DNA from: Calditrichia bacterium
Lineage (GTDB): Bacteria; Calditrichota; Calditrichia; RBG-13-44-9
Length of the DNA: 18,736 nt
Direction of reading: 5' to 3'
NCBI GenBank assembly: GCA_037381445.1
Contig: JARRQT010000025.1
Location: 1-18,736 of the forward strand
Shown: positions 1 through 8,911 of the stretch, one piece after another
Layout: every line of letters starts with the position of its first letter
How positions within the stretch are numbered: position 1 is the stretch's first letter
The notes under the pieces: generated by a model
What the model saw: the letters and a program-made list of their open reading frames with translations, nothing else
The model's database searches: none
What the model was told of the DNA's origin: nothing
Made by a program: the position numbers and the translations under genes

Positions 1-52
1 AGATTAAACCCACAACCAGTTTCAGTAACCAGAGAAGTTGTTTTTTGTTCAT
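1..52 (-). CDS. 5' end of a probable membrane protein gene running off the window edge (N-terminus resembles UPF0104/lysylphosphatidylglycerol synthase TM-domain proteins)
   Basis: Manual translation from ATG at 52 gives MNKKQLLWLLKLVVGLI: a basic N-terminus followed by a hydrophobic stretch, open to the window edge and starting 52 nt after the dppC-like stop. The family guess rests on 17 residues only. Confidence 0.5.
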   Translation of the reverse strand, partial: MNKKQLLWLLKLVVGLI

Positions 53-104
53 AGCGCCGCCAAAAACGATTTTATCATAAATATCCGGGAATTATAAGAA
101 AAAA

Positions 105-971
105 CTAAAAGTCTCTTAATATTTTAATGTGGGGATCCAGCGCGTCCCGTAAAGCATCGCCCAGAAATGAGAATCCCAGGACCAAAATCATGATCGCCAA
201 ACCCGGGAAAGTGGTCAGGTGATAGGCCTGCAGCAGGTACTGTCGCCCCTCGGCGAGCATTGCGCCCCAACTGGGCGTCGGCGGCTGGGTGCCAAGTCCC
301 AGGAAGGACAAGCCGGCTTCGGAGATGATCATGGAAGCAATGCCCAGTGTGGACATCACGATCACGGGATTCAGCGTATTGGGAATCAAATGGAAAACAA
401 TGGTCCGGGTCCGGGAATACCCCAACGCTCGGGCGGCCTGCACATATTCCTGTTCTTTCTCCTTCAGAATCTCTCCCCGCACCAGCCGGGCATAGGATTT
501 CCATCCCACGATACAGAGTGCAATAATCACACTATTCAGGCTGGGTCCCAGAATCGCCATGATAGCAATAGCCAGCAGTATGCCCGGAAAAGCCAGCAAG
601 ATATCGGTAATCCGCATGAGGATCTCGTCTATCCAGCCGTCAAAATAGCCTGAGGTTGCCCCAATCAGCATTCCGATAATAGCTGAGATACTCACCGTAA
701 TAAAACCAACCATCAGACTGATCCGTGTCCCATAAATAATTCGACTCAAAATATCCCGACCGAGATTATCCTGACATAGCCAATGCTGGGCAGACGGCCC
801 GTGTAATGATTGATCAATGTGCTGTTCGTAGGGACTGTAAGGTGCCAGAACATTCGCAAAAATGGCTACAATCACTGCCAAGAGAACAATGATGAGACCG
901 ATTGTTCCCAGCGGATTTTTCAGGACACGAAAAAATACATAACGAAAAATTGAAAAATCTTTATTACTCAT
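105..971 (-). CDS. dppC: Peptide/nickel ABC transporter permease, DppC/OppC family
   Basis: 288 aa. OppC_N-like start (KNPLGTIGLIIV...LAPYSP), HWLCQDNLGRDILSRIIYGTRISL, EAA loop EYVQAARALGYS, and EAGLSFLGLGTQPPTPSWG and GDALRDALDP motifs. Substrate (dipeptide, oligopeptide or nickel) cannot be resolved. Confidence 0.9.
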   Translation of the reverse strand: MSNKDFSIFRYVFFRVLKNPLGTIGLIIVLLAVIVAIFANVLAPYSPYEQHIDQSLHGPSAQHWLCQDNLGRDILSRIIYGTRISLMVGFITVSISAIIGMLIGATSGYFDGWIDEILMRITDILLAFPGILLAIAIMAILGPSLNSVIIALCIVGWKSYARLVRGEILKEKEQEYVQAARALGYSRTRTIVFHLIPNTLNPVIVMSTLGIASMIISEAGLSFLGLGTQPPTPSWGAMLAEGRQYLLQAYHLTTFPGLAIMILVLGFSFLGDALRDALDPHIKILRDF

Positions 972-1309
972 AGATTTTAAATTTAGGTAAACGCGCTATT
1001 CAAAAAAAGCGGATTTTCAGTATCTCTCACGTCCAGGGGTAAATATCCCGCTTATATGAGCTTGAGGGAAATCAATGTTGCCTTGCTTTCATGAAAACCT
1101 CGGGAATTTGATAAAAATTTTTGTATTAAAAACAATGGTTTGCGAAATTCATTGCATCTTATTCGTTTTATATCCCTTTATTTTGGGAAATGATCAATTG
1201 AATTTAGTTTTTAAAGGAAGCATAAGTTTTTGCAAATTTGGGGTTAAGGGATTAAAAGTTTATCCGATAATAATTAGAGAAATTTAACTTAAACAGGCCG
1301 ATTTTCTTT

Positions 1310-4300
1310 ATGATAGAGACGATTTATAGCAAATGGCAGAAACAGGTCTTAAAATCACCCTATTCCGATTCGATCCCTTTATACCAGAAAAAGAATGTCT
1401 TTTTAAAATTCCTGGAAGCCATTTATCATAACAATAACGATATCTACTACTTGCTGCCAGAAATAATTGACTTTGTGGAAAGCAACGGACTGAATCCTCA
1501 CAATTTTCTCGATACGCTTTTCATCCTGCGGGATGAGATTGTTGCACAATCGGCTAAAATTACTGATAAAGATTTCGATGTATACAAAACTCTGGAACTG
1601 CTTCAGGATATTACCATAAAAATTGGCGCCTATTTCACCCACCTGCGAATGGATCTGAACATTACGCGAAACAAAGTGCAGGCACTCGATTCCGACCGGA
1701 TTGAAGCGAATATATTGCAATTGGATGAAGATTTCGTTATCGAAAAAACGAATTCCAGTCTTCTGACCTACTTTGGTTATGAAAAACAGGAGGTGATCGG
1801 CAAAACGCTTACCACACTGTTCTCGTCCTCCAGTCAGACAATCCTGAACAATGCGCTCGGCCAGCTAAAAAACAATCAACGCTTTAAAATCGATCTTGAG
1901 ATTGAGGCGGAGAATAAAAATGGAAGACGGTTTCAGGCGCTCCTTAAGATTTCCAGACTAAACATTCACGACAGTCCGGCGAAGTATACAGCCTACATTC
2001 AGGATAATACCTATATCCACGAAACGAAAAGTATGCTCAATTTGTTGAGCATGGCGCTGGAAAGCGTGGGCGAAGGCATTGTGATTTTTGAACCAAAGGA
2101 AAATGGCAATATTCTCTATGCCAATGAAGCAATGGAGAAAATAAGCGGTTTCCCGCGGCACCAACTTCTCGGAAAGTCCATCTCCGTCCTGAGGGATTCA
2201 ACGCAGCAACCCCGACTGGAAAAAGAAATCCTGGAGGCATCGCTGAACAACGGCTGGAAGGGTGAAATAACCAACAAACACAAAAAAGGGCATTCCTACA
2301 TCATCCATCTGCATACGCAGCCTGTCAAGGATGAATACGGCAAAATTGTGGCTTTAGTCGGCATTGAACGGGATATCACCCGGCAGAAATCACGGGAAAT
2401 GCAAATTATTCATCTGAAAAAATTTGTCGAACATATTATTAACAACCTGCCCCATTTTGTGTTCGTCACCGATCATAATCTGAATATCAAATTCTGGAAC
2501 CAATCTCTGGAAACAGAATTGAGCATCGGCCCACAGGAGGCCATTGATAAGAATGTGCTGGAAATTTTGCCGGAACTCAAAAAATTCCACCTGGATATTG
2601 CCGGCCAGAATGTATTAAAAACCGGGAATGTCTTTTCCAAGAAATTCCTCTCCGGATTTGCGGATAATGAAGAACACTATTACCAGTTATATATCACCCC
2701 CATAAACACAGATGAAGAGAAGCAGCTGCTCTGGACAATTCTGGATATCACCAAGGAAGAGCTGCTGAAAATCCGGATAACCTGGCAGAATGCGCGGCTC
2801 AAATTCCTGGAAAATTTCTCCCAGTTATTGAACAGCAACCTGGATATTAAATCCATTTTCAAGAGATTTGCAGAGGAGCTGAAAGAGATTCTGCCCTTTA
2901 AAACGCTTTCATTCCTGCTTCCCAATGATCTGGAAAAATATCATTTCAGTTTATTTTACATGTTCAACGAAGGAAAAAACATTTTTCCGCAGAACCATAT
3001 TTTAGATCTGTCTTCAAACGGAATTTTTACAAAGCTGATTGAGACCGTAAAACCCCAGATCCAGAATATCGAAGATGATCCCAAAAGTGAGGGGAGCAGT
3101 CTGGAGGAAGTCTATTTTATGGAAGACGTGGGACAGGTCATTCATTTCCCCATAAATTTCGAAAAAGAAATTCTCGGAATTCTGAATATTGGGCATGAGG
3201 AGATCAATCATTACAAGCAAAATGATCTGGATTTCCTGCAACAGATCGCCAGTCATCTGGCCATTGCGCTGAAAAACAGTTTCTACTTCAATCTGATTGA
3301 ATTGCAGAATAAAAAGTTGTTCATTATAAATTCAATTTTCAATATTGCTCAAAATTCAAAGAATATTCCCCAGATTTATCAAAATGCACTGCAGGGCTTG
3401 TCTGATTTGCTGCAGAGCGAAAAAAGCAGCTTCTACAAATCTGAGAACGGCAGGCATTGGGAAAAAATAAAGAATGTCACCGAACATGATCAGCTTCCCG
3501 ACGTGCTCGATCTGCCAACCAGAATCATAGAAGAACGAACCATTTTCTGGAATAAATTCCATCCTGCAATTCTGGATCTATCGGATCTGGGACAGGACAC
3601 TAATTATTATTCAGGTCTATTTTCCTGGGAATCCTCCTCGGATTCCCAGTATCTGGGATTCCTGGCAATGAACAACCATATTCTTGATCAGATAAACCAG
3701 GAATTCATGGCTGCCCTTATCCAGGATGTGATTAAACAAATGCTTATCGCGATGGGCCAGATCAATCTGTTTGAAAAAGTTAAAAGTGCGGAAAGCGAAT
3801 GGGAAACCACGTTCAAGACCGTCAATATCGCACTGGCGGTGATCGATGAAAAATTCAAGGTGATCAGGGCAAACAAAGCATTTTCGGACTTGTTTAATCA
3901 TGAGGCCGCGGGTATCATCGGACAGAAATTCGAGAATGTGTGTCTCTTTAATTTCGGTCCTATTAAGAAAATAAAGAAGACGGCTTCCCGCAAACGGGTT
4001 TCCACTTTCGAAGATGAATATTTTGATGAGATCATTCAGAAATCTGTCAAACGGTCCTTTTTTCCCATCTATAATCCGAAGAATCAGTTCAAGGGCGGCG
4101 TTTTCTCCATTTACGATATCACCAGGCAGCGGGCCCAGGAGGCCAAGATTGAATTTCTCTCAAAATTCCCGGAAACCAATCCCAACCTGGTTATCAGTAT
4201 CGATCCGAAAGGCCAATTGCATTACCTGAATCCCGCAGCGCAGAAGCTGCTGAAATCGCTCAACCTTTCCGAAAAGGAGATCATGAATTTCCTGCCGGGG

Positions 4301-5608
4301 GACACCAAATCACTCCTTCAAAATTTCAGCGGCAAGCACATCAGCCATGTCGAGCTGGAGCACAAATTTCAGGACCGGGTGTTCCATTATATCATTTATC
4401 AACCCTCGGATGATAATCATTTCTATTTCTACGGTACCGACATCACAGAGCGGGTCGGGCTGCAGCGGCAATTATTACAGACCGAGCGGATTCGGGCAGT
4501 GGGTGAGATGGCTGCCGGGGTCGCCCACGATTTTAACAATCTTCTGGCTACCATATTGGGCCGGACCCAACTCCTACTGCTGAAATCCGATAATAACGAA
4601 ACCAAAGAGCAATTGAAAATTGTTGAAAAAGCGGCCATTGACGGCGGGCAAATTGTTAAACGCATGCAGGAAGTTACCCGTGAAAAACGGGACAGCAATT
4701 ACCAGGCACTGGACGTGAATGAATTAATCAAAGAAAGCATCATCTTTACGGCCAGCAAACTGAAGGTCAGCACCCAGCTCAAGGACAAAAAAGTCCAGCT
4801 TCATACGGATTTCAAAGATATTGTGGTGGTGAAAGGGGATGCTGTCGAGCTGAAAGAGGTATTCACCAACCTGATCCTCAATGCCTACGATGCCATGCCC
4901 AACGGCGGCAACCTGGAGATCGTCTCCCAAAAAGTGGATGACAAGCGGGTCCGGATTTCCTTTAAGGATAGCGGATTAGGTATGCCGGAGGAAATCAGGA
5001 ACAAGATTTTTAATCCTTTCTTCACCACCAAAGGGGAAAAAGGCACCGGCCTGGGATTGAGTATCGTTTATAAGACCATTACCGGACATGGCGGAAATAT
5101 CAAAGTGGATAGCGAAATCAACAAAGGTTCCACATTCACCATCGTTCTGCCGCTGACCGATGAACCAATAAAGCCCAAAGATCCCAAAGAACTGGAGATT
5201 GAAGAAAAAAGCAATGAAATCCGTCTTCTCATTGTGGATGATGAACCGGAACTGCTTGACACCATGGCCGAAATCCTGCGGCTTAAATTCAGATCCGTGG
5301 AAATAGCCCCCAGCGGGCAGATCGCTTTGGAAAAAGTGGGGAGCAATTTTTTTGACGTTGTTCTCACCGATCTGGGCATGCCGGAAATGTCCGGGTGGGA
5401 ACTGGCCAGACGCGTGAAAGAATCTCTTCCCGAATCCCATATCATCCTGGTCACCGGCTGGGGCGATCAGGCGAGGGAGGAACTCCAGCATCATCCCTAC
5501 GTGGATGAGATCCTGCCGAAACCGTATGAACTAAAAGAACTCATCGGAAAAATAAACAAAGTCTTCAAAAATCATAAGCCGGACGATGCACCAAAACAAG
5601 ATTTATGA
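1310..5608 (+). CDS. Cytoplasmic hybrid sensor histidine kinase/response regulator (helical N-domain, PAS x3, GAF x2, PAS x2, HisKA, HATPase_c, REC)
   Basis: PAS/PAC ends IQDNT, ERDIT, ILDIT, IYDIT, GTDIT. GAF signature FPINFEKEILGILNIGH...DLDFLQQIASHLAIALKN. H-box AGVAHDFNNLL, N-box EVFTNLILNAYDAM, G1 DSGLGM, F IFNPFFTTK, G2 GTGLGLS. Receiver LLIVDDE...LTDLGMPEMSG...VTGW...PKP. No obvious transmembrane helix. Confidence 0.95.
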   Translation: MIETIYSKWQKQVLKSPYSDSIPLYQKKNVFLKFLEAIYHNNNDIYYLLPEIIDFVESNGLNPHNFLDTLFILRDEIVAQSAKITDKDFDVYKTLELLQDITIKIGAYFTHLRMDLNITRNKVQALDSDRIEANILQLDEDFVIEKTNSSLLTYFGYEKQEVIGKTLTTLFSSSSQTILNNALGQLKNNQRFKIDLEIEAENKNGRRFQALLKISRLNIHDSPAKYTAYIQDNTYIHETKSMLNLLSMALESVGEGIVIFEPKENGNILYANEAMEKISGFPRHQLLGKSISVLRDSTQQPRLEKEILEASLNNGWKGEITNKHKKGHSYIIHLHTQPVKDEYGKIVALVGIERDITRQKSREMQIIHLKKFVEHIINNLPHFVFVTDHNLNIKFWNQSLETELSIGPQEAIDKNVLEILPELKKFHLDIAGQNVLKTGNVFSKKFLSGFADNEEHYYQLYITPINTDEEKQLLWTILDITKEELLKIRITWQNARLKFLENFSQLLNSNLDIKSIFKRFAEELKEILPFKTLSFLLPNDLEKYHFSLFYMFNEGKNIFPQNHILDLSSNGIFTKLIETVKPQIQNIEDDPKSEGSSLEEVYFMEDVGQVIHFPINFEKEILGILNIGHEEINHYKQNDLDFLQQIASHLAIALKNSFYFNLIELQNKKLFIINSIFNIAQNSKNIPQIYQNALQGLSDLLQSEKSSFYKSENGRHWEKIKNVTEHDQLPDVLDLPTRIIEERTIFWNKFHPAILDLSDLGQDTNYYSGLFSWESSSDSQYLGFLAMNNHILDQINQEFMAALIQDVIKQMLIAMGQINLFEKVKSAESEWETTFKTVNIALAVIDEKFKVIRANKAFSDLFNHEAAGIIGQKFENVCLFNFGPIKKIKKTASRKRVSTFEDEYFDEIIQKSVKRSFFPIYNPKNQFKGGVFSIYDITRQRAQEAKIEFLSKFPETNPNLVISIDPKGQLHYLNPAAQKLLKSLNLSEKEIMNFLPGDTKSLLQNFSGKHISHVELEHKFQDRVFHYIIYQPSDDNHFYFYGTDITERVGLQRQLLQTERIRAVGEMAAGVAHDFNNLLATILGRTQLLLLKSDNNETKEQLKIVEKAAIDGGQIVKRMQEVTREKRDSNYQALDVNELIKESIIFTASKLKVSTQLKDKKVQLHTDFKDIVVVKGDAVELKEVFTNLILNAYDAMPNGGNLEIVSQKVDDKRVRISFKDSGLGMPEEIRNKIFNPFFTTKGEKGTGLGLSIVYKTITGHGGNIKVDSEINKGSTFTIVLPLTDEPIKPKDPKELEIEEKSNEIRLLIVDDEPELLDTMAEILRLKFRSVEIAPSGQIALEKVGSNFFDVVLTDLGMPEMSGWELARRVKESLPESHIILVTGWGDQAREELQHHPYVDEILPKPYELKELIGKINKVFKNHKPDDAPKQDL

Positions 5609-5630
5609 TCTGCTGAAAATTTGAGTTCAC

Positions 5631-5674
5631 AAAAAAGAAACCCGGGCAAGTCATGCTCCGGGTTTTCAGTTTTT
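5631..5674. terminator. Bidirectional intrinsic terminator between the convergent kinase and lpdA genes
   Basis: Stem GAAACCCGGGCA (5637-5648), loop AGTCA, TGC-T-CCGGGTTTT (5654-5666, one bulge). A-tract at 5631-5636 and T-rich tract at 5663-5674. Confidence 0.8.
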
Positions 5675-5696
5675 CTGGTCATGTCGAATGCGGTGA

Positions 5697-7127
5697 TTAT
5701 TTTCTTTTGGGACGATAAACATGCGTACTCTGGCCGAAAAACACTTCCGCCGATTCCATGACCGTCTCCGATAAAGTGGGATGTGGGTGGATGGTCAGTT
5801 TGACGTCTGTGGCCAGCGCCGCCATTTCAATCGCCAGCACTCCCTCGGCAATCAGTTCACCGGCGCCTGCCCCAGCGACTCCCATGCCCAACACCCTTTC
5901 CGTATCCGGGTCGATCAGCAGCTTGGTCATGCCATCCATTCTGCCCATGGTCAGGGCCCTTCCCGAGGCGGCCCAGGGAAAGCGGGCCGCTTCAAACTTC
6001 ACATTTTTTTCCCTGGCTTCGGTTTCGGTCAGTCCGCACCACGCGATCTCCGGATCGGTGAATACCACTGCCGGAATGGCTTTGGGTTCAAACACTACTT
6101 TATGCCCCGCGATCACTTCAACGGCGGTGCGCCCTTCGTGGGAGGCCTTATGCGCCAGCATCGGCTCACCGGCCACATCGCCAATCGCAAAAATGGAAGG
6201 TTCCGCGGTGCAAAGCTGTTCATCCACCTTTATGAAACCGCGCTGGTCAATTTCAACCCGGGTATTCTCCAGTCCCAGGTCCTGCGAGTTGGGTTTTCGT
6301 CCCACGGAAATCAGGACCTTGTCAAATTTCTGTTCCGGCTTCTCGAGGTCCTTTCCTTCGAATTTTACTTTAAGGCCGCTTTTAACTTCTTTCAATTCCA
6401 CTACTTTGGTATTCGTCAATATGGCCTGAAATTTTCCCTCCAGGCGTTTTTGAAGAAAACGAACCAGATCGCGGTCCGCGCCGGGAAGAATTCCGGGCAG
6501 CATCTCCACCACCGTCACCTTGCTGCCCAGCGCGGCATAAACGGTCCCCATCTCCAGACCGATATATCCTCCTCCAATGATCAACAGCGTTTTGGGAATG
6601 TCTTCGATATTAAGTGCGCTGGTGGAATTCAATATTCTTTTGCTGTCGATGGAAATTCCGGGAACCGTGGCCGGCCGGGAGCCGCTGGCCAGGATCGCAT
6701 GCCTGAAACTGAGCTGCGATTTTTTTCCCTGCAGATCGGAAACTTCAAGACTGTTTTTGTCCAGGAATTTAGCCCGCCCCTGAATATAATTGATTTTGCG
6801 CTGCCTGCTCAGTTGTCCCAGGCCGCCGGTCAGCTGCTTGACCACCCCTTCTTTCCAGGAACGGAGCTTGTCCAGATCAATTTCCGGCTCGGCAAATTTT
6901 ACGCCCCAATCCGCGGCCTCCTGTGCCTCGGCCAGCAGCTTTGAGACATGCAGAAGCGCCTTTGATGGAATGCAGCCGCGGTAGAGACAAACGCCGCCGG
7001 GATTTTCCTCCGGATCAATCAAAGTTACCTCCGTACCCAAGTCGGCTGCCAGGAAAGCGGCGGCATAGCCGCCCGGGCCGGCGCCAATAATGACAAGCTG
7101 CGTTGCTGAAGTTTTATTTTCCGCCAA
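5697..7127 (-). CDS. lpdA: Dihydrolipoyl dehydrogenase (E3) of the pyruvate dehydrogenase operon
   Basis: FAD motif GAGPGG, redox disulfide GGVCLYRGCIPSK, NAD motif GGGYIGLE, MLAHKASHEG, catalytic HPHPTLSE. TTG start preceded by an AGAGGAG SD. Lies 38 nt after aceF. Confidence 0.95.
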   Translation of the reverse strand: MAENKTSATQLVIIGAGPGGYAAAFLAADLGTEVTLIDPEENPGGVCLYRGCIPSKALLHVSKLLAEAQEAADWGVKFAEPEIDLDKLRSWKEGVVKQLTGGLGQLSRQRKINYIQGRAKFLDKNSLEVSDLQGKKSQLSFRHAILASGSRPATVPGISIDSKRILNSTSALNIEDIPKTLLIIGGGYIGLEMGTVYAALGSKVTVVEMLPGILPGADRDLVRFLQKRLEGKFQAILTNTKVVELKEVKSGLKVKFEGKDLEKPEQKFDKVLISVGRKPNSQDLGLENTRVEIDQRGFIKVDEQLCTAEPSIFAIGDVAGEPMLAHKASHEGRTAVEVIAGHKVVFEPKAIPAVVFTDPEIAWCGLTETEAREKNVKFEAARFPWAASGRALTMGRMDGMTKLLIDPDTERVLGMGVAGAGAGELIAEGVLAIEMAALATDVKLTIHPHPTLSETVMESAEVFFGQSTHVYRPKRK

Positions 7128-7165
7128 AACAGTTCTCCTCTTAGTTGAAAACCATTAACCTATAT

Positions 7166-8911
7166 TTACCCTTCCAGAACGATAAGAAACGGCTGCTCGA
7201 TGGCCTCCGCCACCCAGCGCAGGAAACGGGCCGCATCCGCTCCGTCAATCAGCCGGTGATCATAGGAAAGGGAAAGCGGCAGCAGCGAACGCGGCTCAAA
7301 CTGCCCGTTGATATAAACCGGTTCAATCCGCGAACGGGAGACGCCTAAAATCGCCACTTCCGGGGAATTGACAATCGGTGTGAATGCCGTTCCGCCAATG
7401 CCGCCCAGATTCGAGATGCTGAAATTTCCGCCCTGCATTTCCTCCAGCGACAATTTCCGGTCGCGCGCCTTTTGGGCCAATTCGGTCAGTTCCACCGACA
7501 ACCGGATGATGTTCTTTTTATCCACGTCCCGAATAACCGGCACCAGAAGGCCGCGGTCGGTATCGACCGCAACGCCCACATTATAATACTTTTTATAGAT
7601 CACCTCATTTTGCGCCATATTGATGCTGGCGTTAAACTGCGGAAAAACTTTCAGCGCAGAGGCCGCAATTTTCAGAAGTATGGCGGTGGCCGTCAGCTTT
7701 CCGCCGGCCGCTTCCGCCTTTTTTCCATATTGCTTCCGGAATTTTTCCAGCTCCGTGATATCTGCTTTATCGAACTGGGTGACGTGCGCCACGGTAGCCC
7801 AGGCATACCCAAGGTGTTTGGCGGTTCTTTGCCGCACATTGCTCATCGGTTTATGTTCCACTTCACCCCATTTGGAGAAATCCGGCAGCGGTTCCGGTTC
7901 TATACCCCTTAAAACAGTGCGGGAAGCCGCCTTCTGCTTATTGATCATTTTGGCGAAATTTTTGACGTCATCCACAGATATCCTGCCGCTGGGACCGCTT
8001 CCCGGGACCTGATTGATGTCAATCCCGATTTCGCGGGCAAAGCGGCGGACCGACGGGGCGGCCGGGGCAATCTCCTGCGGTTCCCGGCGTTCTTTTCGCA
8101 CTGCCGGAGCCTGATACGCCTCAACAGGCGATTCCGCCTTTTTTTCGCCCCTTTCTTCCTCTTCTTCATTTGCTTCTGTTTCCGCTACCTGTTCTGTTTC
8201 TTTTTCAGCGGCTGGCCGTTCCGGTTTTTCTTCCTTTCTCTCCTCTGCGGCTTTCTCTGCGGAAGAAATCGTGAGGATTTTTTGCCCCACCTTCACCTGT
8301 TCGCCCTCTTTTACAAATACTTCCTTAACAGTGCCGCCCACTTCGGCCGGCACTTCCAGAACAGCTTTATCGGTTTCCAGCTCCAGAATATTCTGATCTT
8401 TCTGAATTTCTTCACCGGAATTGACCAACACTTTCGCCACGGTCCCGGTTTCCACATTTTCGCCGAGCTCGGGCAGCTTTATTTCCACAACCCCGCCCCC
8501 GGGTGACTCTTCTTTTTTGGCGGAAGGAGAAGGTTTTGCCTCCTTTTGCGGGCTTTCCTTCTTTTCTGCCTGCTCCGCGGGTTCTTCCTTCCGGCCTTTG
8601 CCGTCGCCTCCGCCTTCTTCCTCTTTCTTTTCTGAGGGTTCTCTGGAAGGCTCTTCTCCGCCTTGGCCTTCTTTTCCACCCTCCACCGAAAACACTTTTT
8701 GACCCACTTTTATCTCATCGCCTTCTTTGACAAATATATCCTTCACCACCCCGGAGATATCCGACGGCACTTCAACCACCGCCTTGTCCGTTTCCAGCTC
8801 TATCACATTCTGCTCTTTATCGATGCTGTCTCCTTTGGATACCAGGACCTTGGCAACTGTACCGGAATTGACATTTTCTCCCAGTTCAGGTAATTTGAAT
8901 TCTGACGCCAT
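7166..8911 (-). CDS. aceF: Pyruvate dehydrogenase E2, dihydrolipoyllysine-residue acetyltransferase with two lipoyl domains
   Basis: Lipoyl motifs ELETDKAVVEVP and ELETDKAVLEVP, subunit-binding domain APAAPSVRRFAREIGIDINQVPGSGPSGRI, catalytic DHRLIDGADAARFL. Located between aceE and lpdA, with an AAGGA SD. Confidence 0.95.
   Translation of the reverse strand: MASEFKLPELGENVNSGTVAKVLVSKGDSIDKEQNVIELETDKAVVEVPSDISGVVKDIFVKEGDEIKVGQKVFSVEGGKEGQGGEEPSREPSEKKEEEGGGDGKGRKEEPAEQAEKKESPQKEAKPSPSAKKEESPGGGVVEIKLPELGENVETGTVAKVLVNSGEEIQKDQNILELETDKAVLEVPAEVGGTVKEVFVKEGEQVKVGQKILTISSAEKAAEERKEEKPERPAAEKETEQVAETEANEEEEERGEKKAESPVEAYQAPAVRKERREPQEIAPAAPSVRRFAREIGIDINQVPGSGPSGRISVDDVKNFAKMINKQKAASRTVLRGIEPEPLPDFSKWGEVEHKPMSNVRQRTAKHLGYAWATVAHVTQFDKADITELEKFRKQYGKKAEAAGGKLTATAILLKIAASALKVFPQFNASINMAQNEVIYKKYYNVGVAVDTDRGLLVPVIRDVDKKNIIRLSVELTELAQKARDRKLSLEEMQGGNFSISNLGGIGGTAFTPIVNSPEVAILGVSRSRIEPVYINGQFEPRSLLPLSLSYDHRLIDGADAARFLRWVAEAIEQPFLIVLEG
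8266..8905 (-). repeat. Internal duplication of the lipoyl domain in aceF (about 8678-8905 and about 8266-8491)
   Basis: KLPELGENVNSGTVAKVLV...ELETDKAVVEVP...FVKEGDEIKVGQK versus KLPELGENVETGTVAKVLV...ELETDKAVLEVP...FVKEGEQVKVGQK. Boundaries are approximate. Confidence 0.85.

Noticed and set aside
5758..6944. 223-aa and 387-aa + strand ORFs antisense to lpdA, and similar shadow ORFs over aceF, ftsZ, ftsA and the kinase
   Set aside because: They fully overlap confident genes, their composition is atypical, and they show no motifs.
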